Source: Lachnospiraceae bacterium (lineage in GTDB: Bacteria; Bacillota; Clostridia; Lachnospirales; Lachnospiraceae). Taken from it: a DNA stretch of 64,000 nt. The notes beneath the pieces are model-generated. The model searched no databases. It had not been told where the DNA came from and saw only the letters and a list, made by a program, of their open reading frames with translations. The position numbers were made by a program, and so were the translations under genes. The stretch covers positions 105,764 to 169,763 of the forward strand of contig JAIEAP010000001.1 of the NCBI GenBank assembly GCA_029071325.1, in the 5' to 3' direction. Shown here in pieces: positions 30,423 through 41,142 of the stretch (positions are counted from its first letter, which is position 1; each line of letters opens with the position of its first letter).

Positions 30423-32675
30423 ATGATAGAGAAACAGCAATGGACCGGTTTTCAGGGAAGATTGTGGAAAGAAGAAATTAATGTAAGACAGTTTATCCAG
30501 GACAACTATGAACCTTATGAAGGGGATGAGTCGTTTCTGGCGGAGCCCACGGAGGCTACCGATAGATTATGGGGCAGGCTGCAAGAATTACAGAAGGAAG
30601 AGCGTGCGAAGAACGGTGTTCTGGACATGGATACCGATATCGTGTCCTCACTCACCTCACATGGGGCGGGCTATATCGACGAGTCAATGAAAGACCTGGA
30701 GCAGATTGTAGGACTGCAGACAGACAAGCCCTTAAAACGTGCATTTATGCCCTATGGCGGCATTAAGATGGCGGAGGAATCCTGTATCACTTACGGCTAT
30801 GAGCCAAGCCCCAGGCTTCACAAAATATTTACAGAGTACCACAAGACACACAATACCGCGGTGTTTGATGCGTATACGCCGGAGATGAAGCTGGCGCGTC
30901 ACAATAAGATCATGACCGGACTTCCAGATACCTATGGACGCGGACGAATCGTGGGAGATTACCGTCGTGTGGCATTGTACGGTATTGATTTTCTGATACA
31001 ACAGAAGAAGGCGGATCTGGCAAAGTGCGGCAACGGCACTATGACCGATGATGTGATCCGGCTGCGGGAAGAGCTTGCGGAGCAAATTCGTTCCTTAAAA
31101 GGCATGAAAGACATGGCTGAGATTTACGGCTGTGATATCTCAGAGCCTGCCCGGAATGCAAAGGAAGCCATTCAGTGGCTGTATTTTGGATACCTGGCAG
31201 CAATTAAGACACAGAACGGTGCTGCTATGAGTATCGGAAGGATCTCCACCTTCCTAGATATTTATATAGAGAGAGATTTAAAGAACGGCGTTCTCACCGA
31301 GACAGAGGCACAGGAGCTTATCGATCATCTTACCATGAAGCTGCGTATGGTGAAGTTTGCAAGGATCCCATCCTATAACCAGTTGTTTTCAGGTGATCCT
31401 GTATGGGCGACCCTGGATCTTGCCGGTACAGGAGTGGACGGGCGTTCCATGGTCACCAGGACCGATTATCGTTTCCTGCACACGCTGGAAAATATGGGAC
31501 CTGCACCGGAACCGAATCTGACGGTATTCTATTCTTCCCGGCTGCCGGAGAATTTCAAGAGATATGCATCCAGAATTTCTATTGCTACAAGTTCTGTGCA
31601 GTATGAAAACGATGATGCCATGAAACCGGTATGGGGAGATGATTATGCCATTTGCTGCTGCGTGTCTGCTACGCAGACAGGCAAGGAGATGCAGTTCTTC
31701 GGAGCCAGAGCGAATCTGGCAAAATGCCTGCTGTATGCCATCAATGGCGGTGTGGACGAGAAGACGGGGGATCAGGTGGGTCCCGCATACAGACCGATCA
31801 CCTCAAATGTGCTGGATTACGATGAGGTGATGGAGAAGTACGACGTGATGATGGAATGGCTGGCAGGGTTGTATGTTAATACGCTGAACCTGATTCAGTA
31901 CATGCATGATAAATATTACTATGAGGCGGCAGAGCTGGCGTTGATGGATACCAACCTGAAGCGGACCTTTGCCACCGGTATTGCTGGATTTTCACATGTG
32001 GTAGATTCCTTAAGCGCTATTAAATATGCAAGAGTGAAGGTGATACGGGATAGCAACGGCATTGCCAAGGATTATGAGATCGAGGGTGATTTCCCAAGGT
32101 ACGGTAATGACGATGATCGTGCCGATGAGATTGCAGTGTGGCTGCTGCGCACCTTTATGGATAAGATAGAGAAGCATCACACCTATCGTGATTCCGAGCC
32201 CACGACATCCATTCTGACCATTACCTCTAATGTGGTATATGGCAAGGCCACCGGAGCGATGCCGGATGGACGTAAGGCAGGCGAACCATTGTCACCGGGA
32301 GCTAATCCCAGTTATGGCGCAGAGAAAAACGGGTTGCTGGCATCGTTGAATTCTCTGACCAAGTTGCCCTATGAATGGGCGTTGGACGGGATTTCCAATA
32401 CCCAGACCATCAATCCGGGAGCCCTTGGCAACAGTGAGGAGGATCGGGTGGACAATCTGGTTCAGATTATGGATGGATATTTTGATCAGGGAGCGCATCA
32501 TCTGAATGTCAATGTATTTGGCAAGGAGAAGCTCATAGATGCCATGAAGCACCCGGAAAAGGAAGAATATGCGAACTTTACCATTCGTGTGTCCGGTTAC
32601 GCAGTGAAGTTCATTGATCTGACAAAAGAGCAGCAGCTGGATGTCATTGCCAGAACCTGTCATGAGCGGATGTAA
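30423..32675 (+). CDS. pflB: Pyruvate formate-lyase
   Basis: [11 protein letters not shown]; active-site CC pair (AICCCVS); glycyl loop TIRVSGYAV. Confidence 0.97.
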   Translation: MIEKQQWTGFQGRLWKEEINVRQFIQDNYEPYEGDESFLAEPTEATDRLWGRLQELQKEERAKNGVLDMDTDIVSSLTSHGAGYIDESMKDLEQIVGLQTDKPLKRAFMPYGGIKMAEESCITYGYEPSPRLHKIFTEYHKTHNTAVFDAYTPEMKLARHNKIMTGLPDTYGRGRIVGDYRRVALYGIDFLIQQKKADLAKCGNGTMTDDVIRLREELAEQIRSLKGMKDMAEIYGCDISEPARNAKEAIQWLYFGYLAAIKTQNGAAMSIGRISTFLDIYIERDLKNGVLTETEAQELIDHLTMKLRMVKFARIPSYNQLFSGDPVWATLDLAGTGVDGRSMVTRTDYRFLHTLENMGPAPEPNLTVFYSSRLPENFKRYASRISIATSSVQYENDDAMKPVWGDDYAICCCVSATQTGKEMQFFGARANLAKCLLYAINGGVDEKTGDQVGPAYRPITSNVLDYDEVMEKYDVMMEWLAGLYVNTLNLIQYMHDKYYYEAAELALMDTNLKRTFATGIAGFSHVVDSLSAIKYARVKVIRDSNGIAKDYEIEGDFPRYGNDDDRADEIAVWLLRTFMDKIEKHHTYRDSEPTTSILTITSNVVYGKATGAMPDGRKAGEPLSPGANPSYGAEKNGLLASLNSLTKLPYEWALDGISNTQTINPGALGNSEEDRVDNLVQIMDGYFDQGAHHLNVNVFGKEKLIDAMKHPEKEEYANFTIRVSGYAVKFIDLTKEQQLDVIARTCHERM

Positions 32676-32687
32676 CAGGAGGATGCC

Positions 32688-33467
32688 ATGGGAAAAAGCG
32701 TCGAACAGGAAGCGGTGATGAGCGCAAAGGCCGGGGAGCCCGTCTTAGGCAGGATACATTCCACGGAGAGCTTCGGCTCTGCGGATGGTCCCGGCGTGCG
32801 CTATCTCATATTCCTGCAGGGCTGCAATATGCGCTGCCGATACTGCCACAATCCTGACACATGGTCGAAGGAGGGCGGTACGCTGCAGACTCCAGAGGAA
32901 GTGCTGCGGCAGGCGCTGCGTTACCGCAGGTACTGGGGAAGGAACGGCGGGATCACTGTCAGCGGTGGCGAGGCGCTGCTTCAGATTGATTTTCTGACGG
33001 AGTTATTCCGCCTTGCAAAAGAGCAGAATGTGCATACGACGTTAGATACCTCAGGCAATCCTTTTACCCGGGAAGAGCCGTTTTACGGAAAGTTTGAAGA
33101 ACTTATGAAGTATTCGGATCTGTTTCTTCTGGATATCAAGCATGCTGACAGCGATACCCACCGGGAACTGACCGGGCATTCCAATGACAATATTCTGGAT
33201 ATGGCGCGCTGTCTGTCGGAGCATGGGAAGCCCATGTGGATTCGTCATGTGCTGGTGCCGGGAGTGACAGACAGTGAAGATGCACTCGCAAGGCTGCGTG
33301 AATTTATAGACGAATTATCCACAGTAGAACGTGTGGAAATTCTGCCTTATCATACACTGGGCGTGTTCAAGTGGAAGGAGCTAGGCATACCCTACACTCT
33401 GGAACATACCCTTCCGCCCTCCCATGAGGAAATGGAGCGGGCAAAGCGGCTGCTGGGTATAGACTGA
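32688..33467 (+). CDS. pflA: Pyruvate formate-lyase activating enzyme (radical SAM)
   Basis: DGPGVR, CNMRCRYCHNPD and SGGEAL motifs. Confidence 0.95.
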   Translation: MGKSVEQEAVMSAKAGEPVLGRIHSTESFGSADGPGVRYLIFLQGCNMRCRYCHNPDTWSKEGGTLQTPEEVLRQALRYRRYWGRNGGITVSGGEALLQIDFLTELFRLAKEQNVHTTLDTSGNPFTREEPFYGKFEELMKYSDLFLLDIKHADSDTHRELTGHSNDNILDMARCLSEHGKPMWIRHVLVPGVTDSEDALARLREFIDELSTVERVEILPYHTLGVFKWKELGIPYTLEHTLPPSHEEMERAKRLLGID

Positions 33468-33497
33468 CAGACGGTATGAAGCCATAATATATATGAG

Positions 33498-34038
33498 AGG
33501 GGCTGTCGCGTAATTTCTCTTATCAGAATCACATCCATTTTCCGTGATTTCGCAGGCATAGCCAGGATATCTGCTCGCCTTGTGCTGAAATTCCAACTGC
33601 CACCGACGTATCATTTTCGATGATTTCTGTCTTATTAACGTTCGAACAATCCTTGGCGTCTGTCCGCCTGCTGAGGACATGCAATCTGCAGGTTTTGTGT
33701 TTCTCTTGATGGGCATTCTGATGTGACGTGCGGGCTGCGGACATTGTCTGAGCTCACAACTTATAAACCATCATATGTTTTGAGGCGAGTTATGGAAGCA
33801 GCCCGGTCATATCGACCACAGAAGAATGCCCATCTAGAGAAACTAGAAACCGAAGCCGCATGTCACTCAGCAGGCGGACACACACCATCGGATTGTCGAA
33901 GCATAAAAAGACAGAAAAAATATGATACGTCGGTGACAGCGGAATTTACACGCACCGGCTCAAGGATATCCCGTGTATGCCTGCAAATTCAAGAGAATGG
34001 ATTATGATTTTCATAAGAGTATTTACGCGACAGCCCCT
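33498..34038. repeat. Family A giant imperfect palindrome, copy A1 (541 bp; MITE-like)
   Basis: Termini aggggctgtcgcgtaatttctcttat / ataagagtatttacgcgacagcccct; arms of about 220 bp complementary along their length around a ~100-bp centre. Confidence 0.88.
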
Positions 34039-34040
34039 AT

Positions 34041-34069
34041 GCATATTATATAGGATATCAGACATACTA
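34041..34069 (+). promoter_or_regulatory. SigG-type forespore promoter
   Basis: GCATA-17 bp-CATACTA upstream of spoVAD. Confidence 0.8.
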
Positions 34070-34089
34070 ACACAAAAAGGAGTGATGAT

Positions 34090-35103
34090 ATGTCTGATAT
34101 AACAGGAAAGCAGAGCCTCCGATTTTCGGAGGCTCCTTATATTATCAGTTCAGCAGCGATCGTAGGGAAGAAGGAAGGCGAGGGGCCTCTCGGCGATTAT
34201 TTCGATATGGTGGGCGAGGATGATCTGTTCGGCTGTGAGTCATGGGAGGAGGCGGAGAGCACGCTTCAGAAGCAGGCAGCAACGCTGGCACTGGGCAAAG
34301 CAGACTTAAAACCTCAGGATCTGCGCTATATTTTTGCAGGCGATCTTCTGGGACAGACCATCGCGACATCCTTCGGTCTGATGGATTTTAATGTACCGCT
34401 GTTTGGACTCTATGGCGCCTGCTCCACAGCGGGGGAGTCCATGTCCTTAGGAGCTATGTGCGTGGCGGCAGGATATGCGGATAAAGTGCTGACCGTGACC
34501 TCCAGCCATTTTGCCAGCGCGGAGAAGCAGTTCCGCTTTCCTCTGGAGTACGGCAACCAGCGCCCCATGTCTGCTACATGGACCGTAACGGGAAGCGGCG
34601 CATATGTGGTATCCAGCCAGAAGAGTCATGTCAGGATCAGCGGTATTACCACAGGCAGGATTGTGGACTACGGGATTCATGATGCTCTGAATATGGGGGC
34701 GGCAATGGCGCCTGCCGCCTGTGATACCATAGCCGCACATTTTGCAGATTTCGGGGACCCAATGGATTCCTATGACCGCATTATAACGGGGGATTTGGGG
34801 TATGTAGGGCAGCGGATCCTCATAGACCTTCTGAAAGAGAAAGGAATGGACATCAGCACGATTCATTCGGACTGCGGTATTGAGATATTTGACAAGGACA
34901 CTCAGGATACGGATGCGGGCGGCTCAGGCTGCGGCTGCAGTGCAGTGACACTGTCTGCCTATTTTCTGCCAAAGCTGATCAGCGGGGAATGGAAAAAAGT
35001 ATTATTTCTGCCTACGGGAGCACTGCTGTCCACCGTGAGTTTTAATGAAGGCAAGAATGTTCCCGGAATCGCTCATGCAATTCTGCTGGAGCATGAAGCG
35101 TAA
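34090..35103 (+). CDS. spoVAD: Stage V sporulation protein AD
   Basis: GDLLGQ, GACST, QFRFPLEYG and GGSGCGCS motifs. Confidence 0.95.
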   Translation: MSDITGKQSLRFSEAPYIISSAAIVGKKEGEGPLGDYFDMVGEDDLFGCESWEEAESTLQKQAATLALGKADLKPQDLRYIFAGDLLGQTIATSFGLMDFNVPLFGLYGACSTAGESMSLGAMCVAAGYADKVLTVTSSHFASAEKQFRFPLEYGNQRPMSATWTVTGSGAYVVSSQKSHVRISGITTGRIVDYGIHDALNMGAAMAPAACDTIAAHFADFGDPMDSYDRIITGDLGYVGQRILIDLLKEKGMDISTIHSDCGIEIFDKDTQDTDAGGSGCGCSAVTLSAYFLPKLISGEWKKVLFLPTGALLSTVSFNEGKNVPGIAHAILLEHEA

Positions 35104-35125
35104 GGAGAAGAGAAGGAGATAAGAC

Positions 35126-35482
35126 ATGGAGTATGTGAATGCATTCTGGGTGGGGGGATTGATCTGTGCCCTGGCCCAGATATTAATGGAAAAGACCAAG
35201 ATGCAGCCGGGGCGCATTATGGTGACGTTGGTATGTCTGGGAGCCGTATTGGGAGCTGTGGGTGTGTATCAGCCCTTTGTAGATTTCGCGGGAGCTGGCG
35301 CTACCGTACCGTTGATGGGATTTGGAAATCTTCTGTTTAAGGGCGTGAAGGAAGCCATTGAGACAGACGGATTCATTGGAATCTTTATGGGGGGCTTTAG
35401 CTCCAGTGCAGTAGGGATCAGTGCGGCGCTGGTATTCGGGTATCTGGCATCCCTGATCTTTGAGCCTAAAATGCGTAAATAA
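35126..35482 (+). CDS. spoVAE: Stage V sporulation protein AE (SpoVAEb type)
   Basis: AFWVGGLICALAQ and GAGATVPLMGFG motifs. Confidence 0.92.
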   Translation: MEYVNAFWVGGLICALAQILMEKTKMQPGRIMVTLVCLGAVLGAVGVYQPFVDFAGAGATVPLMGFGNLLFKGVKEAIETDGFIGIFMGGFSSSAVGISAALVFGYLASLIFEPKMRK

Positions 35483-35494
35483 GACTATTTTTGT

Positions 35495-35523
35495 GTATAA
35501 AAGTGACAGAACAGGAGACAATA
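35495..35523 (+). promoter_or_regulatory. SigF/SigG-type promoter candidate
   Basis: GTATA-14 bp-GGAGACAATA fits GYATA...GGNNANANTR (spacer 1 nt short). Confidence 0.55.
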
Positions 35524-35555
35524 GTCTTAGAAGAAATGAAAAGGAGAAAATAGCG

Positions 35556-36005
35556 ATGAAAAAGATGAAAAAGCTTATGGTCACATGTCTGATGGTGTGT
35601 ATGGTTACTGCACTGACGGCTTGTGGGAAGGATACTAACAATGGTCAGAACAATGCTGGAAACGGTACGGAGAACGATCATACTAATAGCGTGACGAACG
35701 GCACCGACAAGGATACCAATAACGGTTCCAATGCCAACAATAATTCTAACAATAACAATAATTCCGACAACAATAACGGTTCTAATAATAATGGCGGAGA
35801 CAACGTAGTGGATGATGTGGTAGACGGTGCGGAAGATCTGGTAGACGGCGTGGATGACGCAGTAAATGATCTGGGTAACGATGTGGAGAACGCGGCGGAC
35901 GGCACTACCGGTACAAACGGAACCAATAATACCGGTGCAAACGGAGCCAACAGCCCCAGCAATAATGCCACCAATACCAATACTACCGGAGTAAATGCCA
36001 GATAG
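35556..36005 (+). CDS. Asn-rich low-complexity lipoprotein
   Basis: AAGGAG RBS; lipobox VTALTAC; Asn/Gly/Thr-rich arms around an acidic amphipathic core. Confidence 0.8.
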   Translation: MKKMKKLMVTCLMVCMVTALTACGKDTNNGQNNAGNGTENDHTNSVTNGTDKDTNNGSNANNNSNNNNNSDNNNGSNNNGGDNVVDDVVDGAEDLVDGVDDAVNDLGNDVENAADGTTGTNGTNNTGANGANSPSNNATNTNTTGVNAR

Positions 36006-36023
36006 TGTTGGCACAATGTACAG

Positions 36024-36049
36024 ATACCCCGCAGTATGCTGCGGGGTAT
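36024..36049. terminator. Bidirectional terminator
   Basis: ataccccgcag-tatg-ctgcggggtat. Confidence 0.7.
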
Positions 36050-36067
36050 TTGAATGTTAAATAATAT

Positions 36068-37531
<1,464 letters not shown>

Positions 37532-37606
37532 TTATCCTCTCTTTCTCAAAAATTGTGTTATTCTCTCAATTTTAGCAAAAATATACGGGAACGTCAATTG
37601 TAAAAA

Positions 37607-38215
37607 CTTGTGTTTTGGCATTTTGCAGAGCAGATGCCGGAGAGACAGACACATCCTTCCTGTCATTGGATTCGTGCAATGTTCTCCGTGAGTTACAGCC
37701 CTGTGACAGATTGCATTGAACCGATGCGTGTAAATTTCGCTGCCGCTGGTATATCATAAGTTTGGTGTTCTTTTTTTGCTTCGACAATCTGCTGGCGTCT
37801 GTCCGTCTGCTGCGGACATGCGGCTTCGGTTTCTAGCTGCTCTAAGCGGGCATTCTTTAGTGGTCGATATGAGCAGACTGCTCCCATAACTCGCCTCTTA
37901 ACAATGACATATTTTAGGGTACGAGCTCAAACAATGTCCGCAGCCTGCACGTCACCTCAGAACGCCCGCTAAGAGCAGCACAAAACCTGCAGATTGCATG
38001 TCCGCATGCAGACGGACACATGCCTAAGATTGTTCGAACATAAAAAAGACAGCAATCATCATAAATGATATACCAGCGGCTGCTGAAATTTCAGCATAAG
38101 GTGAGCAGCAATCTGGTGCAGGGCTGTAACTCACGGAGAGCAGTGAATGAATTTTATAGCAGGAAGGATGTGTGTCTTCTTACGGCATCTATTCTGTAAA
38201 ATGTCGAAACGCAAG
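37607..38215. repeat. Family A giant imperfect palindrome, copy A2 (~609 bp; inverted relative to A1)
   Basis: Core homologous to A1; 20-bp perfect inner IR ctccgtgagttacagccctg (37684)/cagggctgtaactcacggag (ends 38138); outer arms pair out to about 37607/38215. Confidence 0.85.
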
Positions 38216-38332
38216 CTAAAAAATGTTGCACATGTAACTGAAAATGTGTTATTCTTCCAGTAAGGGCAATGGGGTCATATCTAAGGAGGACTCTGCCCTT
38301 TTTGTATTTACACTTTTCGAAGGAGAAACAAA

Positions 38333-39133
38333 ATGGAATTTCGACCGTGTATTGATATTCACAACGGACGGGTGAAGCAGATCGTAGGCGGAAGCCTCCG
38401 GGATGACGGAGACCAGGCGGTGGAAAATTTTGTGTCGGAGCAGGACGGCGCATATTTTGCAGGATTTTATAAGAAGGACGGCATCAGGGGCGGGCATATC
38501 ATTCTGCTGAACCCTGCGGGGAGCGAATACTATGAAGCAACAAAAGCCCAGGCTCTGTCTGCATTACACGCATATCCCCAGGGAATGCAGATCGGCGGCG
38601 GCATTACTGCCCAAAATGCGCCGTATTTCATCGCAGAGGGAGCCAGCCATGTCATTGTAACCTCCTATGTATTCCGGGATGGGGCGGTAGACTATGACAA
38701 TCTGAAGCGTCTCGTGTCTGCGGTGGGGAAGGAACGTGTAGTTCTGGATCTAAGCTGCCGCAGGCAGGGAGAAGATTACTATATTGTGACAGACCGCTGG
38801 CAGCGCTTTACGGAGGAGAGGATAACACCGGAGCTTCTGGAGCGGCTGTCAGCCTACGCCGATGAATTTCTGGTGCATGCGGTGGATGTGGAAGGGAAGG
38901 CGTCTGGTATTGAGAAGCCGTTAGCAAAGCTCCTGGGTGACTGGGGCGGCATTCCCATCACCTATGCCGGAGGTGTGGGCAGCTTTGACGATCTGCGGGA
39001 CTTAAGGGAATATGGAAGCGGCAGGCTCAATGTGACCATAGGAAGCGCGCTGGACTTATTCGGGGGGAATATGTCGTACCGGGATGTTCTGGCATACATA
39101 AATAACAGCGGAACCGTAAACGAAGAATCATGA
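38333..39133 (+). CDS. hisA: ProFAR isomerase, eukaryote-like (His6-type) HisA
   Basis: [32 protein letters not shown] and [11 protein letters not shown] motifs. Confidence 0.88.
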   Translation: MEFRPCIDIHNGRVKQIVGGSLRDDGDQAVENFVSEQDGAYFAGFYKKDGIRGGHIILLNPAGSEYYEATKAQALSALHAYPQGMQIGGGITAQNAPYFIAEGASHVIVTSYVFRDGAVDYDNLKRLVSAVGKERVVLDLSCRRQGEDYYIVTDRWQRFTEERITPELLERLSAYADEFLVHAVDVEGKASGIEKPLAKLLGDWGGIPITYAGGVGSFDDLRDLREYGSGRLNVTIGSALDLFGGNMSYRDVLAYINNSGTVNEES

Positions 39134-39155
39134 ATCAGGAGAGGAGATTGATGGT

Positions 39156-40484
39156 ATGAAGTATACAAAACAGGATATTATCCGTATGGTAGAAGAGGAA
39201 GATGTGGAATTCATCCGTCTGCAGTTCACGGATATGTTCGGCACACTGAAAAATGTGGCAATTACCAAGAGCCAGTTGGAGAAGGCGCTGGATAACCGCT
39301 GTATGTTTGACGGTTCTTCCATCGAGGGTTTTGTGCGGATCGAGGAATCCGACATGTATCTGCATCCGGATTACGACACTTTTGTCATTTTTCCATGGAG
39401 ACCCCAGCAGGGAAAGGTTGCCCGCATCATCTGTGACATTTACTGCGCCGACGGGACCCCTTTTGAGGGAGATCCCCGTTATATCCTGCGCAAGGAAATC
39501 CAGCGTGCCGCCGAGATGGGGTATACCTTCGATGTGGGACCGGAGTGCGAATTTTTCCTGTTTCATACGGACGACAACGGACAGCCTACGACGATTTCCC
39601 ATGAGAAAGCGGGGTATTTTGATCTGGGACCGGTGGATCTGGGAGAAAATGCAAGGCGTGATATGGTGCTGACGCTGGAGGACATGGGATTTGAGATTGA
39701 AGCGTCCCATCATGAAGTGGCACCGGCACAGCACGAGATTGATTTCCGCTATGATGAGGCGCTGAAAACGGCGGACAATATCATGACCTTTAAGCTGGCG
39801 GTGAAAACGATCGCCAAGCGTCACGGGCTGTTTGCAAGCTTTATGCCAAAGCCCAGATCCGGTGTCAACGGTTCCGGTATGCATATCAATATGTCATTGT
39901 CCAGGGATGGGAAAAATATTTTTGCGGACGAGGAGGGGGAGCTGGGCTTAAGCCAGGAAGCGTATTATTTTATCGGCGGCGTTATGAAGCATATGCGGGG
40001 GATGACTGCCATAACGAATCCGCTGGTGAATTCTTATAAGCGTCTGGTGCCAGGATATGAAGCCCCCATCTATATCGCATGGTCGGCTACCAACCGCAGC
40101 CCGTTAATACGTATTCCCGCAACCAGAGGGGAGGGCACCCGGGTGGAGCTGCGCTGCCCAGACCCGGCAGCCAATCCCTATCTTGCCCTGGCAGTATGTC
40201 TTGCCGCCGGGTTGGACGGCATTGCAAATAAGATTATGCCGCCGGAGGCTGTGAAAGAGAATGTGTTTGAGATGCGTCTGTCCCGGAAGGCAAAGCTCGG
40301 CATTAAATCCCTGCCGGAGGATCTTGCAGAAGCGTTGCATGAACTGGAGCAGGATACGTATATTACCTCGGTGCTGGGCAGTCACATTACAGAGAAATAT
40401 GTAGAGGCGAAGCGGGCCGAGTGGAACACATACCGCACGCAGGTGACCGGGTGGGAGATTGATAATTATTTATACAAAATATAG
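39156..40484 (+). CDS. glnA: Glutamine synthetase type I
   Basis: [24 protein letters not shown] and ELRCPD motifs. Confidence 0.97.
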   Translation: MKYTKQDIIRMVEEEDVEFIRLQFTDMFGTLKNVAITKSQLEKALDNRCMFDGSSIEGFVRIEESDMYLHPDYDTFVIFPWRPQQGKVARIICDIYCADGTPFEGDPRYILRKEIQRAAEMGYTFDVGPECEFFLFHTDDNGQPTTISHEKAGYFDLGPVDLGENARRDMVLTLEDMGFEIEASHHEVAPAQHEIDFRYDEALKTADNIMTFKLAVKTIAKRHGLFASFMPKPRSGVNGSGMHINMSLSRDGKNIFADEEGELGLSQEAYYFIGGVMKHMRGMTAITNPLVNSYKRLVPGYEAPIYIAWSATNRSPLIRIPATRGEGTRVELRCPDPAANPYLALAVCLAAGLDGIANKIMPPEAVKENVFEMRLSRKAKLGIKSLPEDLAEALHELEQDTYITSVLGSHITEKYVEAKRAEWNTYRTQVTGWEIDNYLYKI

Positions 40485-40519
40485 TAACAGCATACAAAGA
40501 TACAGGAGAAAAGAATTTG

Positions 40520-41065
40520 ATGAATGTGATCGTAGCATTTCCCAAGCTGGAAAATGCCAGGAGTATTAAGAACATTTTGATCAGAAGCGGATTCCCTGTT
40601 GATGCGGCTGTTACTACGGGAGCACAGGCGTTGCAGTATGCCAATTCCCTGGAAGGAGGCATTCTGGTGTGCGGTCCTCGTTTTGTCGATATGATGTATA
40701 CGGAACTGCATGAATATCTGCCGTCCACTTTTCAGATGCTGTTGATGGCATCCCCGGCTATCTGTCAGGAACGTGAGATACCGGATATGATGTGTCTTGC
40801 CATGCCGCTAAAGGTGCATGAATTGATCACTACTATGGAAACCATGTCCTGCACTATTGCCCGCATGCAGAAAAAGCGAAAGCAGAAGCCGGCTGTGCGT
40901 TCTCCAGAGGAGGAAAAGCTTCTGCGGGATGCCAAGGCGCTTCTGATGGCACGCAATAACATGACGGAAGAAGAGGCGCACCGCTATATCCAGAAGCGCA
41001 GCATGGACAACGGAACCGGGCTGGTGGAGACGGCACAGATGCTCTTAAGCCTGCTTCACAAGTAA
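40520..41065 (+). CDS. ANTAR-domain RNA antiterminator with a pseudo-receiver N-terminus
   Basis: C-terminal AKALLMARNNMTEEEAHRYIQKRSMD. Confidence 0.9.
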   Translation: MNVIVAFPKLENARSIKNILIRSGFPVDAAVTTGAQALQYANSLEGGILVCGPRFVDMMYTELHEYLPSTFQMLLMASPAICQEREIPDMMCLAMPLKVHELITTMETMSCTIARMQKKRKQKPAVRSPEEEKLLRDAKALLMARNNMTEEEAHRYIQKRSMDNGTGLVETAQMLLSLLHK

Positions 41066-41142
41066 GAACTACAGGGAAAGATGCTTTGAATTAATAGATA
41101 AATATGGTATACTGTCACCAATGAATAGAAGGAGAATGAATT

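Noticed and set aside
33529-34007. Short ORFs inside family A elements (also 37572-37887 and 53196-53823)
   Set aside because: Frames and stops are not conserved between copies, no RBS; by-products of the repeat
35678-36016. Minus-strand hydrophobic ORFs over the Asn-rich gene
   Set aside because: Antisense of a low-complexity lipoprotein that has the RBS and lipobox on the plus strand
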